Shown piece by piece: positions 26,846 through 38,360 of a DNA stretch of 64,000 nucleotides; the stretch's first letter is position 1; each line of letters opens with the position of its first letter. A model generated the notes under the pieces. That model was not told the DNA's origin and made no database searches. It worked only from the letters and a program-made list of their open reading frames with translations. A program made the translations under genes and the position numbers. The stretch is from Podarcis vaucheri (lineage: Eukaryota), in NCBI GenBank assembly GCA_965113315.1, contig OZ220363.1; one strand, written 5' to 3'.

Positions 26846-27478
26846 ACGGTTGTAAGAGCCAGTACATTTGAAGTGGAAGGATATATCTCTGGGATACTCA
26901 ATGACATCCAGAAGCTTTCCCTCATCAGTTCAAATACCCTGAGGGGGAAAAGTCCCACGAGCAGGAGAAGAGCCCAGTCGCTGGGGCTTCTGGGAGAAGA
27001 TGGACCCACTGACATGTACCTACAGTGTGCGGAACCAGACTGGGCAGACAAATATGGAAACTACCTCAACTGCAATGGTGGGAGCAAGTCCTCGAGGCGG
27101 CAGACTTTATGGCCAGATTATAAACCTGCATTGGACGGACAGGCTCACTCCAATGGCCTCGTGATGAAAGCGCAGTCTCTTGGCCCTTCAGAATTCCAGG
27201 GCGCAAACAGCCGCTTTATCCCACTCTCCTCAGGTTTTCAGCGCCAGCAATACATCCCGGTTCCTGAGGCAAACAGTGAAGATGGTGGAAGGGCATGGAG
27301 CTCCGAAGAGCACTACGCTCAGCCTAGCCAGGGGAGCCAAGCTAATTCGAGGCCGCCCGGGGAAGGCAGTCCTGACTCCAAATCGAGAGACAACAGCTTG
27401 AAGAGGAGGCTCTTGAGAAGCGTGTTCCCCTCGTCCAGCGCCTCAAACAAGATCGGAAACAGCCAAACACAGATAAAG
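26846..27478 (+). CDS. PAK6: PAK6 coding exon 2 (regulatory linker)
   Basis: tgtggtag|ACG GTT GTA AGA gives TVVRASTFEVEGYISGILNDIQKLSLISSNTLRGKSPTSRRRAQSLGLLG...KAQSLGPSEFQG...SLKRRLLRS. Donor AAG|gtatgt; 633 nt, phase 0. Confidence 0.95.
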
Positions 27479-28785
27479 GTATGTTTATTTTGTGCCAGAG
27501 AGGTTGGTGCCTTTCAAGTACAGTTCTGAAGGTCAATATGGCTTCTAATAGTTTAAAGTTAATGTCAGGCCAGGGCTTATGCTTGCATTATGGAGCAGCT
27601 ATTGGCCTAAATTTGCACTGATGTTACACCAATGACACAACCCACAGAGCATGCGCAATATATGCTGGTATATTCTTTGGCAAACTGTATTTCCTCTTGT
27701 TGCCCACAGTACAGCTGTCAAGGGAGCCAAGACAAACAAGCCAATCTATGTCTGCAATCACCATAATCTGCTTGTCAATGTCATTGTTCTTGGCAGTAGT
27801 GTAGTGGCGAATTCATGGTGGTCACACCCATGCGCCGTTCTAAGATCATACAGCTTTCTTGGATTAAACAATAATCTTATAATTACATCATAGCCATAAT
27901 TAAGGATGCATTGCCCCAATCAGTGCAGATCTCCATGTTTTGCCTTTTAGCCAGATCTACTATTTTCTGTGCACATACGTGGGCAAATGATTTGGAGCTC
28001 CAACATCCTCTTTGGGACGGACTTAAGTTGTGTTTTCTGTGAAGTTCTATTGTATGGAGCAGAACTTGCACACCATTCTTTTGAAGCTGGAGCACTGTAT
28101 GCTTTCAGTGTTCCTAGATGCTTAGCTTTGGAGCATGAAGTGACTACAAAGCTCCCCTTTCATGCGCATTGGGTGGCTGTAGGACTCTGGAGACAGGGAC
28201 CCTGCTGCAGAATAGTATCAGGTCTTGGACAATCCATTACTCTGGATCACTATGCAACTAGTCCTTGGACCCTCTACTTTTCTTCAAAAGTATGTTTCTA
28301 GGCCTCATGACGATACGGAAGTGCAATGAAATTTGATCTTTGTGTACTAAAGACCCAGATGTTCCTGAATCTGAGACTACCTATTATTCTTCTCATGGGG
28401 AGAAAATCATAATTGGGGCTGAATTTTGAGTGAGAAAATACCTGTTGGAAATAAGGTGAATGCAGCTGCCCTGCCCTCGAATGGCCATTCATTCACTTAA
28501 GCTCTCAAGGTTGCATTTGTTTAAGAAAATAAAATGGTAGATCAGTGGTTCTTAAGCAGTGGGCTGGGACCCACCAGTGAGCTTGTGTCATTGTCTGCCT
28601 CCTTCCTGGCCTGCTCTGCCCCAAGCAACCCAGTCATATTTTTTATTATAATATTTATTTATTTATTTATTTATTTAGCAAACAAGCTGGGAATACAAAG
28701 GAAAGGAACAAGAGAGGAAAGTTGTTACAGGAGGAAGAAGTGAATGTAGAAGGACTGGAGGGAGGGATGAAAAAAAACCTGACAG

Positions 28786-28954
28786 CAGTGGCGTAGCGTG
28801 GGGGGTGCAGGTGGGGCCGGCTGCACCGGGCGCAACATCTGGGGGTTAGGGTTAGGGGGCGCAAATCCACGGGTTAGGGGGCGCAAATCCACAGGTTAGG
28901 GGGCGCAAATTACTTGCCTTGCCCCGGGTGCTGACAACCCACGCTATGCCACTG
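28786..28954 (+). mobile_element. hAT MITE with TTAGGG-containing internal repeats, copy 1
   Basis: TIR cagtggcgtagcgtggg / cccacgctatgccactg; perfect 8-bp TSD cctgacag (28778-28785, 28955-28962). Confidence 0.9.
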
Positions 28955-30295
28955 CCTGACAGGCAGGGGTGCATGTGCTGAAAGTAAGGCACAAGTTGAG
29001 TGTGAAAGGAGAATGAGATAAGAAACTACAAGAGATGGGTAAAAATACTTTGAGAGGCAAGTAGGAGTGGGAAGGGGAAAATATAAAAGAAAAAGCCTTC
29101 TTTGGATCAGCAAATTCTGTCTAAATTGAAGAGGCTGAGTCACAATACCTCCAGAGCCAACATCTGTCGTAGCTTGAGGAAAGTTGAGCTATGGAACTCC
29201 TCACAGCAAGGAAAATGCTGTGGTAAAGAATTTATCAAAATTGAGTTGATATCCATGGAAAATTATGCTAGTCATTGATAGGTGGATATGCCAAATGCTG
29301 TCTCCATCTGCCACTTTCTGATGGGCTTTGCCCCTGCACTGTCATTTTGTGGCTGGTGGGCCTCAGTCATTTTCCACGGTCTCACCTGAAGGTAGAAAGC
29401 TTGAGAACCCCTGTGCTGGGGGCTGGATTCCTGTGACTGCATGAACCTCTCCTTTGGCCCCACACAGATCCTTGGCCTTCCTGATGTCTCCCACCTCACA
29501 CAAACACTGTGCCAATGCCTTTTTTTACTTTTACCAAAACGGCTTTTATGAAATTAAATGCCTTAGTTACAATTCTAGTTCCATCTCTTCTCCGCATTAA
29601 ATCAACCTGAGTGTAGCTCATGATTTACAGGATTTCTTCAGTAATCACTTTCAGTTTACGGATGCCAGAACAAAATCCCAAACAGAGTTCCCTGTGTTGT
29701 TGCACATCAGCTGCTAGTCGGGGAGGCTGAGCAGCCTAAACAAAGTCCTTTCACCTCTAGCCTCTTTGGGGCTTCCTCTGCCCTCTCTGATGTCTTTTTC
29801 GAACTCCATGAGCGTCTCCTCACTAGCCACAAGGACTCTTCAGTCTTGCACCGCTTCCTGATATGATTCTATTTATTTCATTATTTTCCGGCACTTCACA
29901 TATACACAGTTGTGCGTGAGTAGAACTTGTGTTTATGGGGTGTGTGTGAAATGTCTGTAATTTTAAAAATGGGACTCCTGGCTTTCCCTTCCTCAATCTG
30001 ATTCTGAATGGTGCTTCCAGACATCCAGGATTAAAAACCAATTCAGCCTTTAATGCTGTGAATTCTTTGGAAGCTGGTTGTGCACGACTCCTGCAGTGTC
30101 AGCTGGTTGCTGCTATTGACTAACCACGTTTGTTCTGGGCCAGCCAAGAGGAGGAAGCTCAGCTGAAAGTGTGTTGAGTTCTGGCTGACTCAGAACATAT
30201 TCATAAATGCAAGAGGATGACACACACTGTGGTTGCTCAGCGAGAGCAGATTGCAAGTAGTGAGCAAGTCAGGATGCGGCCCATGTTAACTTGAC

Positions 30296-31480
30296 CTAGA
30301 TTTCTCGGTAGGTGGTTAGGGTGGTACGGCTGTCTGCATTATTTGGATCCCAATGTGGGTCCGCAAGGGGATACCGATTTGGCCATTCCTGTTCATCCAC
30401 CTGTTGATCCCTCAAATATTCCAAAGCCTGGGTATTGATTCTCCTCCTTTCCTCCGAGGTAAAAAGGGTATTCAGTAATTGCTGGCAATCTGGCCAGGTG
30501 GGCTCATGGGCTGCAAATATAGAGGACAGTAGGTCCAACATTGCCTGGGGTTTTTCAGCGAATGGCGGGGTGTGGGTCTTCCAGTTAAACAAATCAGTTG
30601 TGGTAAAAGGAACATATTGAAGGGTAAATGTTCTTTGGGGCGGCGGTGGCGGCGGGTTATCGCCGTCGGCTGCTCCTGCTGCAGGCGCCGGAGGCGGGCT
30701 ATCATAAACCACGCGAAGGGGGGTCATTACTGCTGCTTTCGCCTCTGCAGCGGCCCTACATTGTTTTATGTATGAGCCCAAGGCTTTGGCTCGGCCATGG
30801 CGATAAGCTTTTTCAGCGTCTCGGTACATGGTGGTGTTGGTTCTCCTTTTGGCCATGTCTTCCCTCAGGGTTTTAAGGTGGGGATATATTTCTTCTAGGA
30901 TCTGATCACTGGGTTCTGTCTGGTCTTCTCCTGGGGCAGGTTTTCCCCCTTCAGCGCCTATTGGAACATATTGGGGCGGCGGCAATGGTGGAGCGTTGGG
31001 GACTTGAGGGGCTTGTCCCTGTTCTCCTAAGGGGGCCACTACGGTCGGTGGAACATACGGCGGTGGGGCTAAGACTTCAGCCTCGGGTCCCTGGTAAATG
31101 GGTTTCTTGGGACATTTTCCTGACTTTGTGCCCCTAACTTCAGCCCTGAGGGCCATGACTTTGCAATATTCAGCCCTGCATTTCTTCAACCAGGGGGGGT
31201 TTTTATCTACCACACTCAGCCAACTGTCTATATAGGGGATCTGGTCAGGATGTCCCCCCTGGTCCTTGATGATATTTCCCCATAAACTGGCGACCAGGGA
31301 CCGGTCAAAACTGCCGATGGACGGCCATTGCGTTCCTTGCGTTGGCCAGTCTAATTCACACAGAGTTCTTAGGCGTTCTGGTGTCATAGTGACACCGTAG
31401 TCTCCGCTGAAGCCTTTTTTAAAGTTGTTCAACATACATTGAAGGGGAGTAACATTCCCGGTCGATGCACCCCCACCCAT
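30296..31480 (-). CDS. gag: Retroviral Gag (MA + Pro-rich late-domain region + N-terminal CA), C-terminally truncated
   Basis: MGGGAS myristoylation motif with strong Kozak (AATATGG). MA motifs TPLQCML, LRTLCELDWP, WPSIGSFD, GHPDQIPYI; late motifs PPPY and YPHL; gammaretroviral p30 motifs PFTTTDLFNWK and PTWPDCQQLL..LFTSEERRRI. Ends before the major homology region and nucleocapsid. Confidence 0.93.
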   Translation of the reverse strand: MGGGASTGNVTPLQCMLNNFKKGFSGDYGVTMTPERLRTLCELDWPTQGTQWPSIGSFDRSLVASLWGNIIKDQGGHPDQIPYIDSWLSVVDKNPPWLKKCRAEYCKVMALRAEVRGTKSGKCPKKPIYQGPEAEVLAPPPYVPPTVVAPLGEQGQAPQVPNAPPLPPPQYVPIGAEGGKPAPGEDQTEPSDQILEEIYPHLKTLREDMAKRRTNTTMYRDAEKAYRHGRAKALGSYIKQCRAAAEAKAAVMTPLRVVYDSPPPAPAAGAADGDNPPPPPPQRTFTLQYVPFTTTDLFNWKTHTPPFAEKPQAMLDLLSSIFAAHEPTWPDCQQLLNTLFTSEERRRINTQALEYLRDQQVDEQEWPNRYPLADPHWDPNNADSRTTLTTYREI

Positions 31481-32144
31481 ATTTAGTATGGCCCTTTACA
31501 ACGTCACCACACCAAAAATTCACAAACTCACAGAATCAATTCAGACTTTTTCCGGACGGTGTCACTCTTTCCAAACATACACCTTTTGCTGCAGATTGTG
31601 ACTCGTCGCGGTCGCCCGGACAGAGAAATGCACAATCCTACTTCCGCGCGGCCAAGGGATGACTAAATCCCGGCCCCATTCATTCATACAGTCACCCTGT
31701 AACATACGTGCACAAGAGTGCCTCTTTCGCCAGACGTTGTACAATCCAACTAACCACCCAGCAATTCCAACCCTCTTTTACCTCTTCTGAATACCTAAGT
31801 GTGATTGGATGCCAGGGGGACACTCCTTCCCCCTTTGTCCAGACACACTGGGGGTGTGATCAGGACCCCCCTTCTCCTTAATTATTAAATAAGGAGGTTA
31901 CCCTATCGGGACCCGTTGTCATCTACTCACCCACTGCCGGCTGATTCTGAGACCTAGGAACCTCGGTTCTTTAATCCGTTGCTCTCCTCCAGGATGCAGA
32001 CAGCAGAGGGTCAAGTCGCCTTCTGTCCTCCTCCGAAGAAACAGTTCGGTGGGCGCCTTGGAAGCAGGAGGTCTGTTGGCCCCCTGCCGTCCCTGCCCAG
32101 AGGGCAAGGGAGCTGCCTCCTGGTCAGGACTTAAGGTCCTTAGG

Positions 32145-32162
32145 ATCCGAGTCACGGCACCA
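32145..32162 (-). promoter_or_regulatory. Primer-binding site for tRNA-His
   Basis: Minus strand TGGTGCCGTGACTCGGAT is the exact complement of the 3' 18 nt of vertebrate tRNA-His(GUG), ATCCGAGTCACGGCACCA. Confidence 0.93.
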
Positions 32163-32164
32163 AA

Positions 32165-32805
32165 TGAAAGGGACATCGGTTTTCAGACCAAGAATGTAAA
32201 GATCAGGCAGCAAACTTTCTTAAAGAAAAAGTTTTTATTTGGTTTTGCCGGACAAAAGCAAAAGGGTGCATTTCAGTAAAATGAGAAAATGCCCACCCTC
32301 CAAAGGGGGTGGTCTACTTATATACCTTTCTTGCTAAGCATAGTTCAGCCCCTTACCCCTCCCCATCTATTGCATATTCATCATAGCTCTACCAATCAGA
32401 TTGGTGGCTGCCGTGTTCGGTTTCAAGCTTGCACTAATCACTAGATGGCGCTGCTGGCTTATAAGCTGCTTGACCTCTTCACTATTTCCAGTAAATGAGC
32501 CCCTAGCCCACACATTTCTGGGAATGGGCTGTGGTTTCTAAATAGAGCCCATCTCCGGGGTCTTGCGGTCTTCGTGGTGGGCAACATCCTGTTATTGTGT
32601 TAGTCAGGGGCTCGTTTCTCAGAAATAGCTTAGTACATGCAAAATTCCCCTAACCACAAGCATGCAACTGCTGTTCTTGCAAAATATAACAGAGACCTGG
32701 TTTGCTCTTAGCTGGCTCTTCTAGAGAATAGAAAATGGCCTTTTGCCTGGTAGGGGTACAAGATAAGATGGCTCCCGTCTGGCTCTCTCAGTCTTCACCC
32801 CTTCA
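32165..32805 (-). repeat. ERV 5' LTR (about 641 bp)
   Basis: On the minus strand it starts TGAAGGGG and ends CCCTTTCA, 2 nt before the PBS. It contains a palindromic CCAAT (accaatcagattggt 32391-32405), TATATAA (32318-32324) and AATAAA (32234-32239) in the expected U3-R order. Confidence 0.85.
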
Positions 32806-33065
32806 AGATTGCAGCATCACCACTCTTTCCCCTAAAGGGGTGTTTGCAGAGTACCTTGAGGCCTCTGCTGGTTTCTCATTCTGTGTCTTTCCTTTCAGTG
32901 AAAGGGGGAAAAGCAAAATGGTATGGATCACACAAGTAGGAATTGGTGACTCTGTCAGTTTCAGTTTCTCTCAGTTTCTCATTTTTGCACTTTCAGCTTT
33001 CCACAGCAGTTTGTGTGTTACTTTAAAGTCCTTATGAAAATTAATCATCAGTTAATTTTTGCTGA

Positions 33066-33306
33066 TAGTCAAACCTCGGTTGTCAAATGTAATCCATTCC
33101 AGAAGACCGTTCGACTTCCAAAACGTTCGACAACCAAGGTGCGGCTTCCGATTGGTTGCAAGAGCTTTTTGCACTCAAGTGGAAGCCGTGTTGGACATTC
33201 AGATTCCGAAAAATGTTTAAAAAACTGGAGTGTTTACTTCCGGGTTTTCGGCGTTCAGGAGCTGAAACTTTAGAAAATGGAGCCGTTCAAGACCCAGGTT
33301 TGACTG
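33066..33306. mobile_element. Tc1/mariner-type MITE (gtcaaacctcggttg TIR)
   Basis: TIR (c/t)agtcaaacctcgg / ccaggtttgactg + TA; a related copy lies at 43771-43994. Confidence 0.7.
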
Positions 33307-33308
33307 TA

Positions 33309-33550
33309 CAGTGGTACCTTGGGTTACATACGCTTCAGGTTACATACGCTTCAGGTTACAGACTCTGCTAACCCAGAAATAGTGCTTCAGGTTAAGAACT
33401 TTGCTTCAGGATAAGAACAGAAATCGTGCTCCAGCGGTGCGGTGGCAGCAGGAGGCCCCATTAGCTAAAGTGGTGCTTCAGGTTAAGAACAGTTTCAGGA
33501 TAAGTACGGACCTCCGGAACGAATTAAGTACTTAACCTGAGGTACCACTG
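33309..33550 (+). mobile_element. MITE family A, copy 5
   Basis: TA-flanked; abuts the mariner-type MITE at 33066-33306. Confidence 0.88.
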
Positions 33551-34214
33551 TATAGACATATTTGTATGTAATTTTGCCTGATATGCATGTTTCTGCAAAG
33601 CAGTTTTACCTAATATAACTCATTTTTATATAGGATTACATTATTTTCACTAATATGTAGATTTATATGCCCCCTGGTATGTATATTTTTGTTCACATGA
33701 CATGCCTGGAGAACTGCATTGCAAAATTTGGAGAAGCATAGATTTTGAAAGGTATTTCAGTTCGCATATTGTTTCAGAAAGTAAGAATTAGGTGGATTCA
33801 TCTTTCAGTATGAACTGAATCTATTTTCTCCTCCATCCCTAGACAGTAAGGAGGTCAAGTCACTGAGGGAGGGGGAACCACAGAGGTGTCTTGCCTGAGG
33901 ACCCTCCAGATTGTGGAACCAACACTTGTTAGAGTGCTAGCAGAAGGGACAGGTCATTTCAGTGGTGGGCTGTATTCTGTGGAACTCCCTTCCAAGCAAT
34001 GCATGGTTGGCCCCTTCAAACGTGGCATTCAGAAATGCTTAAAAAAACCTTTCTCTTTCGAGCACCTTTTAACTGATGTACTTTTATTGGACCCACCCAG
34101 CTATACAATTCTGTGATTCTATGATGCTAGCAAATTGTTTCTACTGCCTGGATTATATTTCAAAGTATGTCTGCTTACTTTTTGTATTTTATTTTTTAAA
34201 TTAGAAAGTTTATA

Positions 34215-34456
34215 CAGTGGTACCTTGGGTTAAGAACTGAATTCGTTCCGGAGGTCCGTTGTTAACCTGAAACTGTTCTTAACCTGAAGCACCACTTTAG
34301 CTAATGGGGCCTCCTGCTGCTGCCACGCCGCTGGAGCACGATTTCTGTTCTCATCCTGAAGCAAATTTCTTAACCTGAGGTACTATTTCTGGGTTAGCGG
34401 AGTCTGTAACCTGAAGTGTATGTAACCTGAAGCGTATGTAACCCGAGGTACCACTG
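34215..34456 (-). mobile_element. MITE family A, copy 6
   Basis: Reverse orientation, TA-flanked. Confidence 0.88.
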
Positions 34457-34820
34457 TAATATGATAATGAGTATTTATGTTTATTCTGCTGCTCACTGCC
34501 TTCAGAGAACTTTGTGCATCCTATAAACATTTAAAATAAACAGAACAAATTTCTGTTTTTCTAGGCACATGGCTACTTGTGCGTGTGTGTTTTTAGAAAG
34601 CTTGACATGGAGAATGGATATTTGGTCTAATCATTAGGAAGGAAGGCCTCTGTGAGCAATGGCACCTCTTTTTTTGGGTGCTCTAGGTTACATAAAACAC
34701 GTCTGTAAAACAAAGCTGGAGGTTTGAAAACACCTTTCCTCCAGGAACGTGTCTCAGCTGGAATGGAAGGGTGGTGCAGGTAGAAGACGGGGAAGTAATT
34801 TTCAACAGGCAGTTACTTGT

Positions 34821-34823
<3 letters not shown>

Positions 34824-34854
<31 letters not shown>
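34824..34854. repeat. (TG)n microsatellite
   Basis: Direct reading. Confidence 0.97.
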
Positions 34855-34857
<3 letters not shown>

Positions 34858-35121
34858 CAACCCACAATGTGTTACTAAGCAAAATAAATTTGCATTTCCC
34901 TGTGTGTGTGTACCCACAGAGGTCAATAGGTTAAAAAATAAAAGCTTATCTTAGATAGTTCACTATGTACAGTCAAGGTGGAGTATAGGTGCTGGGAAAA
35001 CAGGAAAACTTCCTCTCCTCTCTATTATATTATGTATTAGTTTGTCAAAGCCACACCTCCTTAAGGTTAAGGCCACTGACTTTCAGCTACTTAATAAGGA
35101 CAGCATTTGAACCTAGAAAAA

Positions 35122-35580
35122 GAAGCTGGAACGTGTCCAGAGGAGGGCAACCAAAATGGTCAAAGGCCTGGAAACGATGCCTTATGAGGAACGGCTAAGG
35201 GAGCTGGGCATGTTTAGCCTGGAGAAGAGGAGGTTAAGGGGTGATATGATAGCCATGTTCAAATATATAAAAGGATGTCACATAGAGGAGGGAGAAAGGT
35301 TGTTTTCTGCTGCTCCGGAGAAGCGGACACGGAGCAATGGATCCAAACTACAAGAAAGAAGATTCCACCTAAACATTAGGAAGAACTTCCTGACAGTAAG
35401 AGCTGTTCGACAGTGGAATTTGCTGCCAAGGAGTGTGGTGGAGTCTCCTACTTTGGAGGTCTTTAAGCAGAGGCTTGACAACCATATGTCAGGAGTGCTC
35501 TGATGGTGTTTCCTGCTTGGCAGGGGGTTGGACTCGATGGCCCTTGTGGTCTCTTCCAACTCTATGATTCTATGATTCTA
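35122..35580 (+). mobile_element. Young CR1 LINE 3' end
   Basis: Open ORF2 C-terminus [32 protein letters not shown]...FKQRLD, then 3' UTR and (ATTCTATG)n tail. Confidence 0.92.
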
Positions 35581-37483
35581 AGCTTGCGACTCAGTCTGGG
35601 CCCACAGTGGATGTACTTCTTTAATCCCCCACAGACACTGCTTTCTCCAGCCCAGCTAACCAAAGGGCTGCTTTCCGATGCGTCTGTGTCTTGGCTGCCA
35701 CTTTACCTGTCCATATCCTGAGAGGTTTCAACTGATTCAAATCTCTTCCCTCACCAAGCCATGAAACCCATCTTTTCTCAGCTGGCCCTACCTCACAGGG
35801 TGGTTGTGATTATAAAACGAAGTAATCGCCCATCTACACCACCCTGAACTACTTGGAGAAGAAGTGGGATGGGATTGAAATGTAAATGATAGCAACAACG
35901 ATCATCTCATGCAGCTCTCTATTAATTTAGGTGTTTCAAGCCAAGCTGTAGCAAACTGCTGATCTTCTAGAACTCTTTTCCTCTTAGGTTGGGCTTATGT
36001 TGTGTTCTCTCATAAAGTACGGCTGGTTCTCTTCAGTAGTGTCCTGGGGGATTCTTGTATTCTTCAGGAAAGAAATCTAACTTCTTTTGAAATAACCCAA
36101 AACCAATGCAATAAAAGCATTAATGCTGTACTACTGCAAGTCGCTGTGCCAGTGACACGAGGATCACTTATATTTATTGAAACTCTCTGGGCATTTTTCC
36201 CAAGAGAACGCTGGTATTATGGCCAATGTTCCAATTTGGGTAATTACATTTTCTTTTATTTGACTCTCTCACTGCATCTTCACTTGGGTTCTTAACAGAG
36301 CACTTTTCATCCATCAATCTTGGATCCGTTTACAAAGTGGCCAAAAGTATTTATTCACTTTTTATGGATGGGGGGTGGGGATAGATACTCTGGCTAGCAT
36401 TGGCTCTTGCAGATCTCAGGCAAAGAGAGGTCTATCACTTAATTTTTAAGAGTATGCTTAGAGTTGTTCTTTTTTTTTGTTTGGTTGCTGCCTTGAAGAA
36501 CAGATAATGTTGGTTGCTTTTTGGGGGGAAGAGCTAATGACTGATTGATTTGTTGTCATACAGATACTAGAAGTGTGAAATGTTTTGTTGCATGGAACCA
36601 AATTGTTTAAGTTTCCAGTGTGCGTGTTTTGAAAAGTCAACTAGCTTTAACAAATAAAACTGAGCAACTATGTTTTTTTTAATGCATTGTGAGTGTTCTT
36701 GCATATAACACAGAAAACTTGTTTTCAAGGGGTGGGGGCATGTTCTTAGCCTTCTCTGGATGTCTACAACAAGCATTTCCCCTTGCTGTACTTCTGTCAT
36801 CACCAAACCAGTTTTTCAAGAGGTTTGCAGCACGTTAGAAGGTGCCTCAGAAAACACAAATCTCCCCTTTCCAAGCATAACCAGCACTTTGCTGATAGAG
36901 ATGTGTACATTTGGTGTGGTGTGTCACTGTAAATCAGTGACCTCATTCACATGTCATGGTAAGCCATACTTAACCGTTTCCTGTGAATACACCTGTCTGA
37001 GCCTTTTCACTCATCCCTGCTAGCGTGGAAAGGAAACAGACTTAGTGTTACATCTAGACAAGAGATTGCAATTTGTATCGCACCAAAGAAATCACAACCA
37101 GTAAGCGAAGAACCATTTGGGCTTGTTTGTCGCTATTACAAACTTCATGTTGTTCATCCTGAAACAGCCCTGGGTATAGTTTTTGATTATTCAAATTGTA
37201 GAGGAACAGGAGAACCTGGCTCCCCTGTGGACATCACACAAGGCCACAGATCTCCCCTGGTCGTGCGGTGCATGCCAGCCACAGCGGGAAGGGAGAGACA
37301 AGCAAAGTGCTGTGATGTGACTGGGCCTGAGGCACTGGGCATGGGGGCTTGCTTGGGATCAGCCCCACCTTGCCCTCAGAACTCACCACTTATGGCTTTT
37401 TGCTGGCTACCAGCCGTGGGGCTCCTGCCAGTGATACTCCTGCTTGCCTGCCCATTCAGCAGGTGGGATGAAGAGTTTTGCAT

Positions 37484-37651
37484 CAGTGACGTAGCGTGGG
37501 TTGTCAGCACCCGGGGCAAGGCAAGTAATTTGTGCCCCCTAACCCGTGGATTTGCGCCCCTAACCCGTGGATTTGCGTCCCCTAACCCTAACCCCCAGAT
37601 GTTGCGCCCGGTGCGGCCGGCTCCCCCTGCACCCCCCACGCTACGCCACTG
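37484..37651 (-). mobile_element. hAT MITE with TTAGGG-containing internal repeats, copy 2 (inverted)
   Basis: Near-identical reverse complement of 28786-28954; TSD ttttgcat / ctttgcat. Confidence 0.9.
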
Positions 37652-37760
37652 CTTTGCATCACTCCACAGGTAGGGGCCAGTGGAACCCGGCAGGGCTGGA
37701 CCAGGGGCCCCTTCCATGTCCTCCATCCCAGGGCAAAGCAGGTTCAGATTGCACCCTTAA

Positions 37761-38360
<600 letters not shown>

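Larger units (their letters stand above)
30303..32805 (-). mobile_element. 3'-truncated class I (gamma-like) endogenous retrovirus: 5' LTR, PBS(His), leader, gag
   Basis: LTR, 18/18 tRNA-His PBS and gag ORF. Flanked by AGATT at 30298-30302 and 32806-32810. No pro/pol/env or second LTR in the window. Confidence 0.92.
32936..33842. mobile_element. Older non-autonomous DNA element hosting two MITEs
   Basis: gtcagtttcagtttctctcagtttctcatt...gcaaaatttggagaag...ctccatcccta; related reverse copies at about 49247-49637 and about 62840-63476. Confidence 0.55.

Noticed and set aside
28786-28954. True interstitial telomere or chromosome fusion scar
   Set aside because: Only two tandem TTAGGG plus dispersed units, enclosed by TIRs and an 8-bp TSD, and present twice in the window.
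30248-30255. agattgca matching 32806-32813 as an alternative 8-bp TSD
   Set aside because: It lies about 45 bp outside the end of gag homology, and 8 bp is not a retroviral TSD length; treated as chance pending the empty allele.
29000-30295. Continuation of the ERV (rest of CA, NC, pro-pol, env, 3' LTR)
   Set aside because: No retroviral motif was seen past 30296, and no second LTR copy or polypurine tract.
31481-31700. Possible glyco-Gag N-terminal extension
   Set aside because: An in-frame TAA lies 6 codons upstream of the gag ATG, with a further in-frame TGA beyond it.
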